Positions 10,526 to 21,589 of a stretch of DNA of 64,000 nucleotides are shown piece by piece. Location: contig CBDCZH010000003.1 in assembly GCA_965224485.1 (NCBI GenBank), positions 32,705 to 96,704 of the forward strand, in the 5' to 3' direction. This DNA is from Arcobacteraceae bacterium. Lineage in GTDB: Bacteria > Campylobacterota > Campylobacteria > Campylobacterales > Arcobacteraceae. Positions within the stretch are counted from its first letter, which is position 1, and every line of letters starts with the position of its first letter. Both the position numbers and the translations under genes were made by a program. The notes beneath the pieces were generated by a model. That model searched no databases. It worked only from the letters and a program-made list of their open reading frames with translations, and had not been told where the DNA came from.

Positions 10526-13500
10526 CTAATCTCCCTCATCTGGATCTAATGGAAGAACCGACATATTTTTAGGTTTAACCATCCAAAAGTTTCTAATTTC
10601 TGATCTATAATTTTCTAATACACTTTGAGCTTTTAAACTCTCTGTTTCATTAATATAATCATGCAATAATCTTTTTAAATACAATCTTTCACGTTCTGTA
10701 TCATCTGTATCAATTCTAACAGCTTCTATTAGTTCTTGATTCATTTTATCTACAAAGGCTTTTTCAGGATCATAAACAAAAGCTAAACCACCAGTCATTC
10801 CTGCCCCAAAATTAAATCCAGTATTTCCTAAAATAACAACAATTCCACCAGTCATGTATTCACAAGCATTATCTCCTGTTCCTTCTACAACAGAAGTACA
10901 ACCAGAGTTTCTTACAGCAAATCTCTCACCTACATTAGCACGAATATAAAGTTTTCCACCAGTTGCCCCATATAAACAAGTATTACCACCACCTGAGAAC
11001 TCTTCACCTTGATGTTTAGGGTTTATAATGATTTTACCACCATTCATACCTTTTCCAATATAATCATTAGCAGCACCATCTAAATAAAGATTAACTCCTT
11101 TTGATAAAAACGCACCAAAACTCTGTCCTGCTATTCCTTTAAGCTCCATTGTAATTGAATTATCAGGTAAACCAGTATCACCATAATACTTAGCAATTTC
11201 ACCAGAAATAAGTGTTCCAAAAGATCTATTTAAGTTAGATATTGTTTCTTTGATTTTTATAGGAGTGCTTGGTTTTTCAATTGTTCTATGAACTTTTTTC
11301 AATAAAGCTTTTTCAAACTTATTTTTATCAAATGGTTCATTAAACTCTTTTTGACAAGTATCAACTCCATCAATTCTTCGTAAAATATTTTGAAAATCAA
11401 ATTTTTGCGCTAATTCATCATCAATTACTTTTAATAAATCACTACGTCCAACAATTTCTTCAATACTGCTATAACCTAAACTAGCAAGAATTTCTCTTAC
11501 ATCATTTGCTATAAAAGTAAAATATGAAATTAAACGCTCAACCGTTCCTGTAAAGTATTCTCTTAACTCTTCATCTTGAGTAGCAACACCAACTGAACAT
11601 TTATTTGTATGACAAATTCTTAAAATCTTACAACCTAAAAGTGTTAAAGCTGCTGTTCCAAAAGCATAAGACTCAGCTCCTAACATAGCTGCTTTTATAA
11701 CATCAATTCCAGTTTTTAATCCTCCATCTGTTTGAAGATGAACAGAACTTCTTAAATGGTTAGCTTTTAAAGCATTATGTGCTTCACTTAAACCCATTTC
11801 CCAAGCATTTCCTGTATGTTTAAGTGATGTTAAAGGAGCAGCTCCCGTTCCACCATCAGCCCCTGAGATTACAATTCTATCAGCATAAGCTTTAGCTACC
11901 CCTGTTGCTATTGTTCCAACACCAATAGTAGAAACTAATTTAACTGTAATCTTAGCTTCTGGATTAATTTGTTTTAAATCAAAAATAAGTTGGGCTAAAT
12001 CCTCAATTGAATAGATATCATGATGTGGAGGAGGAGAAATTAATGTAACTCCTTCTACCGTATGTCGTAAACCAGCTATATAAGCCGTAACCTTATGCCC
12101 TGGTAACTGTCCACCTTCACCAGGTTTAGCACCTTGTGCTACTTTAATCTGAATCTCTTTTGCGCTTCTTAAATATCCAGGAGTAACTCCAAATCTTCCA
12201 GATGCAACTTGTTTAATTTTAGAGTTTTTTAATGTTGCAAATCTTTTTGGATCTTCCCCACCTTCACCTGAGTTTGACATTCCACCTAGAGTATTCATAG
12301 TAATTGCCATTGCTTCGTGAGCTTCTGGAGAAATTGAACCACAACTCATAGCTGCGGTTGCAAATCTTTTAAAAATTTCATCCGTGTTTTCAACCTCATC
12401 TAAACTTATAGCTTCTTTATCAGAATTAAACTCAAAAAAATCTCGAATAAACTTTTTATCTCTGTTTTCAACTAATTCTTTTAGTTTTTTAAAATCTTTT
12501 ACATCTTCTATTTTACTTGCATTTTTATTATGCATTGCTCTTGTAGTCTCAGGACCATAATCATGATACTCGCCACCATGGGTATATTTATAAAAACCAC
12601 CAATATCTAAAGGAAACATATGGTGTTCATCATAATAAGCATTTATATGTGATTTTTCTATTCTTTTTTCAATATCTTCATATCCTAATCCACACAAATC
12701 AGATAAAGAACCTTCAAAACAATTCTCTATAATTTCATCACTTAAACCAACAACATCAAATAAAGCTGAGTTTCTATATGAAGCTATTGTACAAATACCC
12801 ATTTTTGACATAATTTTTAAAAGTCCACCATTTAGAGCTTTTTGTGTATTTTTCAAAATTCTTTGCATTTGATATTTTGTATTTGCTTTTCTTTGAAATA
12901 AATCTAAAGCAGAAGCATACATCATATAAGGATAAATAGCAGTAACTCCATATCCTAATAATACAGCCGCCATATGAGGATCATATACTTCCCCTGATAC
13001 TGCAATCATAGAAGCTTTATGTCTAATCCCAGCTTTTAGTAAGGCTTGATTTACATAACCAACAGCCATTGCAATAGGAATAAGTTTATTCTCTTTATTT
13101 ACAGCTCTATCATCTAAAATAATTAAACAAATATTTTCATGTTGTACTGCTTGAATTATTTCTTTTGCTAAAACAGATAAAGATTCTTTTAAATTATTTT
13201 TAAAAGTAGTTGAAAAAACTTTATTCTTATAATAAGAATCATATCTAGGAGATCTTTCATCTCCAAAAGATTTCATTACTTCAAATTTTTCTTGCATTAA
13301 AATAGGACTTGCTACTTTTAATCTTTTTGCATAAGCAGGTTGTTCATCTAAAATATTATGAATTTGTCCAAATCCAGTTTCAAGTGACATAACTACTTTT
13401 TCTCTATATGGATCTATTGGAGGATTTGTAACTTGTGCAAACTTTTGTCTAAAAAAATCTGTAAAGTTTCTATTAACTTGTGAGAAACAGGCTAAAGGTG

Positions 13501-14962
13501 TATCATCTCCCATAGAACCTACTGGTTCTTTACCATCTTTTCCCATAGGTTCAATCATTTGATCTAATACTTCATAAGTAATATTAAAATATTTCTGTCT
13601 TACTGATAAGTCTTCAATAACATAATCATCTGTATCAACAAAAGATTCATCAATATACTCTTGTAAATATTCCATATCATTATTTAACCACTTAGAATAA
13701 TTTTGAGAAGATTTTAAATAATCATTTATATCATCTTCTTTTAATACAATTCCGTGTTTTAAGTCAAGTCCAATCATTTCTCCAGATTGAAGTCTACCTC
13801 TCTCTAAGATATTATCATCTTCAATCTCAAGGGTTCCATACTCAGAAGTTATATAAATTTTATCATTTTTAGTAATTACATACTTAGAAGGTCTTAAACC
13901 ATTTCTATCTATTAAACAGCCTATGTGTCTACCATCAGTTAAAGAAACAGCTGCTGGTCCATCCCAAGCTTCCATTGCAGTTGATGTATATTCATAAAAA
14001 GCTCTTAAGTCTGCATCCATATGAGGAGCATTTTGCCAAGGAGCAGGAACTAAGGAACGAGCTGCCTTAAAAAAGTCTGCTCCATTTATAATTAAAAATT
14101 CAAACATATTATCTAAAGACGCAGAATCAGAAGAGTTCTTTTGTAAAATTGGAAAAAGTCTTTTTAGCTCTTCTTGCGAAAATACTTCTGATTTTATTTT
14201 TTCTGATTTTATTGCAACATTAAATCTATTTGCTTCAACTGAATTAATCTCACCATTATGTGCAATTGTTCTAAAAGGTTGAGCTAATCTCCATTGAGGA
14301 AGAGTATTAGTTGAGAATCGTTGATGAAATAGTGCAAAAGATATTTTAAAATCATCATCTCGTAAATCAATATAAAAACTTTTTATATGCGTAGGCATAA
14401 AAAGCCCTTTATATGCTATAACTTTTGAAGAAAAAGTTGGAATATAAAAATCTTCTTGGTACTGTAACTCATGTTCACACTCTTTTCTTGTTAAATATAA
14501 CATTGCATCAAATCTTTTTGATGTCATTAAAGCATTTGCACTTACAAAAACTTGGATTATATTAGGTAAAGAGGCTAAGGCTTGAGCGCCTAAAGCATCC
14601 TCATTAAGAGGAACTTCTCTTGTCATTAGAACTTTTAAGTCATTATCTTCACAAAAGTTTTTAAAAACTTCAATATCTTTCATATCTTTTGTAAAAATCA
14701 TTGCAACACCGTATGTTTCTGGTAAATCTATACCTTCTTCTGTTGCTATTTTTCTCATAAAAAAATCTGGCATTGATAATAATAAACCAGAACCATCTCC
14801 AGTTATTCCATCTGCTGCTACTGCACCTCTGTGCATCATACGCTCTAAAGAGTGTATTGCATCTTCTAAATTACCATGACTTGGTCTATTTTGTAAATCT
14901 GCCATTAAACCAAAACCACAATTATCTTTAAAAGATGTGAGTAAATCTAAATTAGAAGCCAT
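10526..14962 (-). CDS. gltB: glutamate synthase large subunit
   Basis: CGFG N-terminus, HQRFSTNT, AQGAKPGEGGQLPG, CHTNKC, GXGXG C-terminal domain. Confidence 0.97.
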   Translation of the reverse strand: MASNLDLLTSFKDNCGFGLMADLQNRPSHGNLEDAIHSLERMMHRGAVAADGITGDGSGLLLSMPDFFMRKIATEEGIDLPETYGVAMIFTKDMKDIEVFKNFCEDNDLKVLMTREVPLNEDALGAQALASLPNIIQVFVSANALMTSKRFDAMLYLTRKECEHELQYQEDFYIPTFSSKVIAYKGLFMPTHIKSFYIDLRDDDFKISFALFHQRFSTNTLPQWRLAQPFRTIAHNGEINSVEANRFNVAIKSEKIKSEVFSQEELKRLFPILQKNSSDSASLDNMFEFLIINGADFFKAARSLVPAPWQNAPHMDADLRAFYEYTSTAMEAWDGPAAVSLTDGRHIGCLIDRNGLRPSKYVITKNDKIYITSEYGTLEIEDDNILERGRLQSGEMIGLDLKHGIVLKEDDINDYLKSSQNYSKWLNNDMEYLQEYIDESFVDTDDYVIEDLSVRQKYFNITYEVLDQMIEPMGKDGKEPVGSMGDDTPLACFSQVNRNFTDFFRQKFAQVTNPPIDPYREKVVMSLETGFGQIHNILDEQPAYAKRLKVASPILMQEKFEVMKSFGDERSPRYDSYYKNKVFSTTFKNNLKESLSVLAKEIIQAVQHENICLIILDDRAVNKENKLIPIAMAVGYVNQALLKAGIRHKASMIAVSGEVYDPHMAAVLLGYGVTAIYPYMMYASALDLFQRKANTKYQMQRILKNTQKALNGGLLKIMSKMGICTIASYRNSALFDVVGLSDEIIENCFEGSLSDLCGLGYEDIEKRIEKSHINAYYDEHHMFPLDIGGFYKYTHGGEYHDYGPETTRAMHNKNASKIEDVKDFKKLKELVENRDKKFIRDFFEFNSDKEAISLDEVENTDEIFKRFATAAMSCGSISPEAHEAMAITMNTLGGMSNSGEGGEDPKRFATLKNSKIKQVASGRFGVTPGYLRSAKEIQIKVAQGAKPGEGGQLPGHKVTAYIAGLRHTVEGVTLISPPPHHDIYSIEDLAQLIFDLKQINPEAKITVKLVSTIGVGTIATGVAKAYADRIVISGADGGTGAAPLTSLKHTGNAWEMGLSEAHNALKANHLRSSVHLQTDGGLKTGIDVIKAAMLGAESYAFGTAALTLLGCKILRICHTNKCSVGVATQDEELREYFTGTVERLISYFTFIANDVREILASLGYSSIEEIVGRSDLLKVIDDELAQKFDFQNILRRIDGVDTCQKEFNEPFDKNKFEKALLKKVHRTIEKPSTPIKIKETISNLNRSFGTLISGEIAKYYGDTGLPDNSITMELKGIAGQSFGAFLSKGVNLYLDGAANDYIGKGMNGGKIIINPKHQGEEFSGGGNTCLYGATGGKLYIRANVGERFAVRNSGCTSVVEGTGDNACEYMTGGIVVILGNTGFNFGAGMTGGLAFVYDPEKAFVDKMNQELIEAVRIDTDDTERERLYLKRLLHDYINETESLKAQSVLENYRSEIRNFWMVKPKNMSVLPLDPDEGD

Positions 14963-15308
14963 TATTATCCTTTTTAAATTTTTATACTAATTTTTATTAA
15001 ATTTTTTATCAGTATTTATTTGTATTTATTATTTAGTATTTCCTTGGAAGTATATTATATTATAAAAAATATCTTTAAAATATGGTTAAAAATTAACCAC
15101 TCTTAATTACAAAAAGAACTTAACTTGTAACTTTTATACAACAATTTAATTACTAATATATAATTAATATTTAAGAAACTTTTTCTTACTTTTAATGATA
15201 AAACACTAAAATTACTTACACGAAAAAATTATAAAATTTTCTTCAAGATACATAATACTTACATAAGTTTACATTATACTTTTTTTACATACAAAAAAAG
15301 GAGTTAAA

Positions 15309-16361
15309 ATGACTAAAATTATTAAAGGTCTAGTATCAAGTGCAGCAGTTGCTTCAGTTCTATTACTTACAGGTTGTGGTGATAAGAAGAGTGATGAGAC
15401 AAAAGCAATGAGTGAAGCACCAGCTTCTACATTTGTTTTGAAATTCTCACATGTTGTAAGTCCAAATACACCAAAAGGTAAGGCAGCTGATTATTTTGAA
15501 AAAAGATTAGAAGAATTATCTGGTGGTAGAATTGATGTTCAAGTTTATCCTTCTTCTCAATTATATAAAGATAAAGCAGTATTAAAAGCTTTAACTTTAG
15601 ATTCAGTTCAAATGGCAGCACCTAGTTTCTCAAAATTTGGTAAAATTGTACCTCAGTTAGCTTTATTTGATTTACCATTCTTATTTACAAGTATGGATCA
15701 ATTACATAGAGTACAAGATGGTATAGTTGGAATTAAACTTAAAGATATGGTAAACGCAAAAGGTTATGTTGCTTTAAACTTTTGGGATAATCATTTTAAA
15801 CAATTATCATCATCTAAAAAACCATTAATCACTCCAGAAGATGCTAAGGGTCAAAAATTTAGAATTATGTCTTCTAAAGTACTTGAAGCACAATTTCATG
15901 CTTTAGGTGCAAGCCCACAAATGATGCCTTTTTCTGAAGTATATTCAGGATTACAACAAGGTGTAATTGATGGTCAAGAAAATACTAACTCTAATATTTA
16001 TACAAAAAAATTCCATGAAGTTCAAAAGTATATGACTATTACAAACCATGGTTACTTAGGTTATTTAGTTGTTATGTCTAAAAAATTCTGGAATTCTTTA
16101 CCTGCTGATTTACAAGCTAATGTTAAACAAGCTATGAATGATGCTACAGAAAAAGAGCGAGAATATGCAGAAGATTTAAATACTAAACAGTTACAACTAA
16201 TTAAAGATTATGCAGCAAAAACTGGAAAACTAGAAGTTATTACTATTACTGAAGAGCAAAGAAATGCTTGGAAAGAAGTAGTTAGTAAAATTTATCCAGA
16301 ATTTTATGATGCTAATGTAATTGGTGAAGAGCTAATTAAAGAATCTTTAAATACAAAATAA
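15309..16361 (+). CDS. dctP: TRAP transporter substrate-binding protein (probable lipoprotein)
   Basis: LLLTGC lipobox, FSHVVS..TPKG, KFRIMSS, PFSEVY..LQQGVIDGQEN. Confidence 0.9.
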   Translation: MTKIIKGLVSSAAVASVLLLTGCGDKKSDETKAMSEAPASTFVLKFSHVVSPNTPKGKAADYFEKRLEELSGGRIDVQVYPSSQLYKDKAVLKALTLDSVQMAAPSFSKFGKIVPQLALFDLPFLFTSMDQLHRVQDGIVGIKLKDMVNAKGYVALNFWDNHFKQLSSSKKPLITPEDAKGQKFRIMSSKVLEAQFHALGASPQMMPFSEVYSGLQQGVIDGQENTNSNIYTKKFHEVQKYMTITNHGYLGYLVVMSKKFWNSLPADLQANVKQAMNDATEKEREYAEDLNTKQLQLIKDYAAKTGKLEVITITEEQRNAWKEVVSKIYPEFYDANVIGEELIKESLNTK

Positions 16362-16363
16362 TT

Positions 16364-16984
16364 ATGTTTAAATTAATAAGTAAGATAATTGGTCATATAA
16401 ACCAAAAAATTGCAGCTTTCGGTATCACAGCCGGAGTTGCAGTTGCGTTTACTAATGTAATTGCCAGATATGCTTTTGATGCGTCATTAGTATGGGCAAC
16501 TGAACTTAGTATTTTTCTATTCTTGTGGTCTGTATTTTTTGGAGCAGCCTACTGTTTTAAGCAAGATGCACATATTGCAGTAACAATTGTATTAGATAAT
16601 GTTTCTTCTAGAATTGCAAAAGTTATGTTATTAGTTTCACATTTAATAACATTTACTTTTTTAATAGCAGTTGCGTATTTTGGAGTTTTATATATTACAG
16701 ATGTAGTTATGTTATTAGATGAGCGTTCAATTGATTTATGGAATATGCCTATGTGGGTAATATACTTAGTTATTCCAATTTCATTTAGTTTTGGAGCATA
16801 TAGAGTTGCTGAGAGAATTCATGCAATTTTATCTACTTCTCACGATAAGATCCTTAAAGAGAGTGAAGCTGAAATGATTTTAGCAGAACTAGGAAGTGCA
16901 GCTAAAGATAATACAAATAAAAATGTAAAAGAGTTAAATGATATGGTAAAAGAAGTTGAAAAGAAAACAGGAGGATTATTATGA
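16364..16984 (+). CDS. dctQ: TRAP transporter small permease
   Basis: NVIARY...WATEL, HIAV; 4 TM; lies between dctP and dctM. Confidence 0.85.
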   Translation: MFKLISKIIGHINQKIAAFGITAGVAVAFTNVIARYAFDASLVWATELSIFLFLWSVFFGAAYCFKQDAHIAVTIVLDNVSSRIAKVMLLVSHLITFTFLIAVAYFGVLYITDVVMLLDERSIDLWNMPMWVIYLVIPISFSFGAYRVAERIHAILSTSHDKILKESEAEMILAELGSAAKDNTNKNVKELNDMVKEVEKKTGGLL

Positions 16985-18267
16985 GTGTAATGGTACTATT
17001 TAGTATATTTTTCTTTCTTATAATAATAGGAGCACCTATTGCTATTTGTTTAGGAGCTGCTACTTTTGTTACACTTATGGCATTTACTCCAATTTCACCA
17101 ATTGAAATTTCAGCTATGATGTTTGAAAAAATTGAGCATTATTCTCTTATGGCAATTCCTATGTTTATTTTAGCAGGGAATTTACTCTCAAAAGGTAGTG
17201 CTGCACAAAGAATTATTGAATTTGCTAAATCTATTGTAGGTCACCTTCCTGGTGGATTACCAATTTCAGCGATTTTTGCATCAATTATTTTTGCAGCTGT
17301 ATCAGGAAGCTCACCTGCAACTGTTGTTGCAATTGGTTCTATTATGTTTGGAGCTATTATTCAAGCAGGGTATCCTAAAAAATATGCAGTTGGTACTATT
17401 GCAACAGCTGGTTCTTTAGGTATTTTAATTCCACCTTCTATTGTATTAATCGTATATGGTGTTACAGCAGAAGTTTCAATTGGCCGATTATTTATGGCAG
17501 GTGTTGTTCCTGGAATTGGTTTAGGAATTATGATGATGGTTGTAACTTATATAGGTGCAGTTAGACTTGGATTTAAAAGAACTACTCCACAACCTTTTAA
17601 AGTAAGACTTCAAAAAATGAAAGAAGCTTCATGGGGTCTTATGACAATTGTTATTGTTATAGGTGGTATTTATGGTGGTATTTTTACACCAACTGAAGCA
17701 GCAGCAGTTGCAGCAGTTTGGGCATTTCTAATTTCTGTTTTTATATATAAAGATATAAAAATTAAAGAGTTTTATTATACAGCATTAGAATCTGCAAAAA
17801 CAACAGCAATGATTATGTTTATTATTGCAAATGCTATGCTTTTTGCTCACTTTTTAACAATTGAAAATATTCCTCAAGGAATAACAGAAGCGTTAATTGA
17901 AGCAAATGTTGATAAGTATATGTTCTTACTTCTAGTAAATGTACTTCTTATAATTGCAGGTTCATTTATGGAACCAAGTGCAATTATTATGATTATGGTT
18001 CCTTTATTACTTCCAGTAGCTATTGCTCTTGGAATTGATCCAATTCATTTTGGTATTGTAATTACAATAAATATGGAATTAGGAATGGTATCCCCACCAG
18101 TTGGGCTAAACCTCTTTGTTACTTCAGGACTTACTGGAATGAGTATCAAAGATGTTATAGTTGCAGCCTTTCCTTGGACACTTACTATTTTAGTAGGATT
18201 GTTACTTGTAACATATATTCCTTCTATTGCTTTATGGTTACCAAATTTAGTATTTGGAGCTTACTAA
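16981..18267 (+). CDS. dctM: TRAP transporter large permease
   Basis: AIPMFILAG, SGSSPAT, GILIPPS, FTPTEAAAV, SPPVGLNLFV. Confidence 0.92.
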   Translation: MSVMVLFSIFFFLIIIGAPIAICLGAATFVTLMAFTPISPIEISAMMFEKIEHYSLMAIPMFILAGNLLSKGSAAQRIIEFAKSIVGHLPGGLPISAIFASIIFAAVSGSSPATVVAIGSIMFGAIIQAGYPKKYAVGTIATAGSLGILIPPSIVLIVYGVTAEVSIGRLFMAGVVPGIGLGIMMMVVTYIGAVRLGFKRTTPQPFKVRLQKMKEASWGLMTIVIVIGGIYGGIFTPTEAAAVAAVWAFLISVFIYKDIKIKEFYYTALESAKTTAMIMFIIANAMLFAHFLTIENIPQGITEALIEANVDKYMFLLLVNVLLIIAGSFMEPSAIIMIMVPLLLPVAIALGIDPIHFGIVITINMELGMVSPPVGLNLFVTSGLTGMSIKDVIVAAFPWTLTILVGLLLVTYIPSIALWLPNLVFGAY

Positions 18268-18282
18268 CAAAGTATAAGAAAT

Positions 18283-18326
18283 AAAAAGCCAATAGATTGG
18301 GGTTTGCCCTATTCTATTGTGCTTTT
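18283..18326 (+). terminator. probable intrinsic terminator after dctM
   Basis: AAAAGCCAATAGA...TCTATTGTGCTTTT imperfect stem followed by a T tract. Confidence 0.55.
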
Positions 18327-18621
18327 AATTAAATTAAAAATAAAACAATATTACTATCTATACTTTTATATAAAATAATACTATTAATGCAAACTTAAAA
18401 AAGTCAAAAAAAACTATACTGTATTCAACAGATTTATATTAATTAGTTTTAAGTCATTTTATTAGACTAAATTAGTCGAGGTGTGCGATTCATATCAAAA
18501 TGTTAAAAATAAAAAAGAAGAAACTTTTTATCTCTAGCTATAACTTAAAGTTTTAATTTTATTATTTATATACTTAATTAATTATTTTTTTGATACTATT
18601 ATAAAAATAATAAGGAATATC

Positions 18622-19056
18622 ATGAAATTGATTATGCTTTATGGAGTCTTTCTCTTTTCTCACTTAGCAGTAGTATTAAATGCTCCAGAAATAAGAATTA
18701 TCTCTATTCAACAAGATAAAGTTATATTTTTATTAGGACTAGTTTTGATAGTTACCTTCATATTAATTTATTTAATGGTTAGTAAGGTACAAGGAGAAAA
18801 AGGGGAAAAGGAATATTTAGTAAATGGAAATACCGTTGATGCTAATTGGATGAATTCTGGATTGCTATTTATATTATTTTTAGGAAGTGAATTTTGGTCT
18901 ATTTCTATAATACTAGACTATATCAATATGAAAAACTATATTTTTAACTTCGATTTCTTTTTTTATTTGGTATTTAAGAGTCTAGTAGTAATGATTTTCT
19001 TTTTCATACATTATTTAATACTTAGATATGTACTTAAAAATGCAATGGTACGCTAA
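18622..19056 (+). CDS. hypothetical membrane protein
   Basis: 144-aa ORF with AAGGA SD and about 4 hydrophobic segments; no family recognised. Confidence 0.55.
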   Translation: MKLIMLYGVFLFSHLAVVLNAPEIRIISIQQDKVIFLLGLVLIVTFILIYLMVSKVQGEKGEKEYLVNGNTVDANWMNSGLLFILFLGSEFWSISIILDYINMKNYIFNFDFFFYLVFKSLVVMIFFFIHYLILRYVLKNAMVR

Positions 19057-19192
19057 AGTTATACCTAACCAGAAACGATAGAAAAACCTAACTGCACAGC
19101 TATTTATTGATAGTCAATACTTAATAAATAAAGTTGTGCAAATCTTAGTTTCCAAATTTAGTTTTTGGTATTTAAAAATAAAGTATTTTATT

Positions 19193-19226
19193 AAAAAAAC
19201 TAAGAGTTTTTACTCTTAGCTTTTTC
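19193..19226. terminator. bidirectional intrinsic terminator
   Basis: A-run, CTAAGAGT-TTTT-ACTCTTAG, T-run, between convergent genes. Confidence 0.65.
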
Positions 19227-19286
19227 TTTTTAACTTATATCTTTTATAAGTAAAACATCTAAGTTAACCTAACTACTACATCTAAA

Positions 19287-20840
19287 CTAATTAGGAATAA
19301 GTATTCCAAACTTTGCCCCATCTTTAGTATTTCTAACTCTTAAAATACCTTTCATATTTTTATCAACAATAATCTTAGACATATAAAGACCAATACCCGT
19401 TCCATCACTATTTGCTTTTGTTGTAAAATATGGCTCAAAGATTTTTCCTTTAGGTTTAACAGTAATTCCTCCTGCATTATCTTCTATATATAAGATTATA
19501 TGTTTTTCATCTTTTATAGCAGATATTTTAATCAAAGGATTTTTTATATTTTTACTAATTAATACATCTTTAGCATTTGAAACAATATTTAAAACAACTT
19601 GTTCTAATTCATTTAAATAGGTATTTAATTTAATATCACGTGAAATATCTATTTCAACTTTTATATTATTATTTGATAAAGTAGAAGAAATAATAGTCAT
19701 AACAGCTTCTATACATCTATAAAGCTCAAACTCTTGTTTATCTTTCTTTGGCATATAAAAGTTTCTAAAGCCATCAATAGTATGAGACATGTATTCTAAA
19801 ATAACTTCAGCTTCTTTTGATTTTTTATCCATTTCTTCATCATTTAATAATTTCATTTTATACTTAAATTTTATATTCATTAAAATAGATGCTAACTCAG
19901 ATAAAGGTTGTCTCCATTGATGTGAAATATTAGACATCATTTCACCTAGGGCAATTAATCTTGATTTATGCACTAAGAGCTGTTCTTTTTCCCTATTTTT
20001 ATCAATCTCTTCTAATACTTTCTTCTCCAAAGTTTCATTTAGTTCTACAAGAGCTAGTGATTTTAATCTTACTTTTTCTTTATATTTTCTAAAAAACTCA
20101 TCAATTCTTTGACTAACTAAAATTGTAATTACAATCCCAATTGATAAAAACAGTAAAAATAAAAGTATAGTTTGCACTATTTGATTATTTACTCTTTTTT
20201 CTAAATCAATTTTTTTCAAAGCAATATCTTCTTCAATATCATCAATATAAACACCAACAGCTATAACCCAGTTCCAAGAAGGATAATATTTAAAATAAGA
20301 TAGTTTTTGATATATTTTATCATTTGATATTTTTTTATAAGCATAAGAAGTATAAGACTCACCATGTTGTTTTATATCTTTTAAAAAGGCTTCTCTGAAT
20401 TTCTTTCCATTATTATCTTTAAAATTTGTTGATAAGTAAGTTCCTACAAGGTCTGGTCTATTTGGATTTACTAAAAGTTTAGCAAAATCTTCACCACCAT
20501 GAATATTTTTAATTTCATATACAAAAACATAATTACTTCTTTTTTGTTCAAATGTAATATTATTTAACATTTTTATAATATCAGTTTTTAAGGCTATTTC
20601 TTCATCTTGCGAGTTTGTTGCTTTATACTTTATAATATCAATAATAACATCTAGCTCTTTTTTAAGTAAAGATTTTTGTTGCAAATAATAATCACTTACA
20701 AACTTATCTAAATCTTTTTCAAACTCATTATTTGTATTCTTAATATAAAAATATGATATAAAAAATATCATGGAACTCATAATGATAATAAAAACATAAA
20801 TTATTATTTTGGATATGTTTTTTTCAGTAATTAATTTCAA
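19287..20840 (-). CDS. Cache-domain sensor histidine kinase
   Basis: 2 TM flanking a Cache-like domain; ISHQWRQPL H-box; N/G1/F/G2 boxes (IEDNAGGI, FEPYFTTK, GTGIGLY). Confidence 0.9.
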   Translation of the reverse strand: MKLITEKNISKIIIYVFIIIMSSMIFFISYFYIKNTNNEFEKDLDKFVSDYYLQQKSLLKKELDVIIDIIKYKATNSQDEEIALKTDIIKMLNNITFEQKRSNYVFVYEIKNIHGGEDFAKLLVNPNRPDLVGTYLSTNFKDNNGKKFREAFLKDIKQHGESYTSYAYKKISNDKIYQKLSYFKYYPSWNWVIAVGVYIDDIEEDIALKKIDLEKRVNNQIVQTILLFLLFLSIGIVITILVSQRIDEFFRKYKEKVRLKSLALVELNETLEKKVLEEIDKNREKEQLLVHKSRLIALGEMMSNISHQWRQPLSELASILMNIKFKYKMKLLNDEEMDKKSKEAEVILEYMSHTIDGFRNFYMPKKDKQEFELYRCIEAVMTIISSTLSNNNIKVEIDISRDIKLNTYLNELEQVVLNIVSNAKDVLISKNIKNPLIKISAIKDEKHIILYIEDNAGGITVKPKGKIFEPYFTTKANSDGTGIGLYMSKIIVDKNMKGILRVRNTKDGAKFGILIPN

Positions 20841-20901
20841 ATTTTATTTCCTTAATATGTTATAATACCATTTAAAATAAAAAATGTCTTTAAGGTAAAG
20901 A

Positions 20902-21585
20902 ATGACCCAAGAATTAATAAATCAACTCTCAAATTTTACTCTTTTATATGCAGAAGACGAAGAAGGAATACAAAAAAATATACATGAAGTACTAGAATGT
21001 ATGTTTAAAGATATTTATCTTTGCCGTGATGGGGAGAGTGCTTATGCAATATATGAAGAGAAAAAACCTGATTTAATTATTACAGATATAAAAATGCCTA
21101 AATTAAATGGTATTGAACTTATAAAAAAGATTAGACTAAGAGATAGCAAAACAAGAGTTATTATAACCTCAGCTCATACAGATTTAGAATATATGTTAGA
21201 TGCTTCTGAGCTTCATTTAGTTAAATATATAGTAAAACCTATTACTGAGCAAAAATTAACACAGGCTTTACAAAGTTTTATTTCTTCTTATGAAGGAAGT
21301 AAACTTTTTCCATTTTTAGCAAATTGGATGTATGATGAAAGTAAATCAATAATTACAAATGAAAATGATGAGTTTATGCTTACAAAAAAAGAAAATATAT
21401 TTTTCAAACTATTATTGCAAAAAAATAGAATCATAACATATGATGAAATTGATGCAATTTTATGGGATAAAGACTCAGTGATGACTCAAAATGCCTTAAG
21501 ATTATTTATTAAAAACCTAAGAAAAAAACTTCCAAGTTCTTGCTTGAAAAATGTACAAGGTATTGGATATAGACTAGTATTATAA
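20902..21585 (+). CDS. OmpR-family response regulator
   Basis: YAEDE, ITDIKMP, KP receiver motifs; winged helix ending NVQGIGY. Confidence 0.9.
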   Translation: MTQELINQLSNFTLLYAEDEEGIQKNIHEVLECMFKDIYLCRDGESAYAIYEEKKPDLIITDIKMPKLNGIELIKKIRLRDSKTRVIITSAHTDLEYMLDASELHLVKYIVKPITEQKLTQALQSFISSYEGSKLFPFLANWMYDESKSIITNENDEFMLTKKENIFFKLLLQKNRIITYDEIDAILWDKDSVMTQNALRLFIKNLRKKLPSSCLKNVQGIGYRLVL

Positions 21586-21589
21586 AGAG

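Noticed and set aside
18462..18492. GC-richer patch ending GGTGTGCGATTCA, faintly like an IS3-family terminal repeat
   Set aside because: No clear partner repeat or transposase remnant; too short to support
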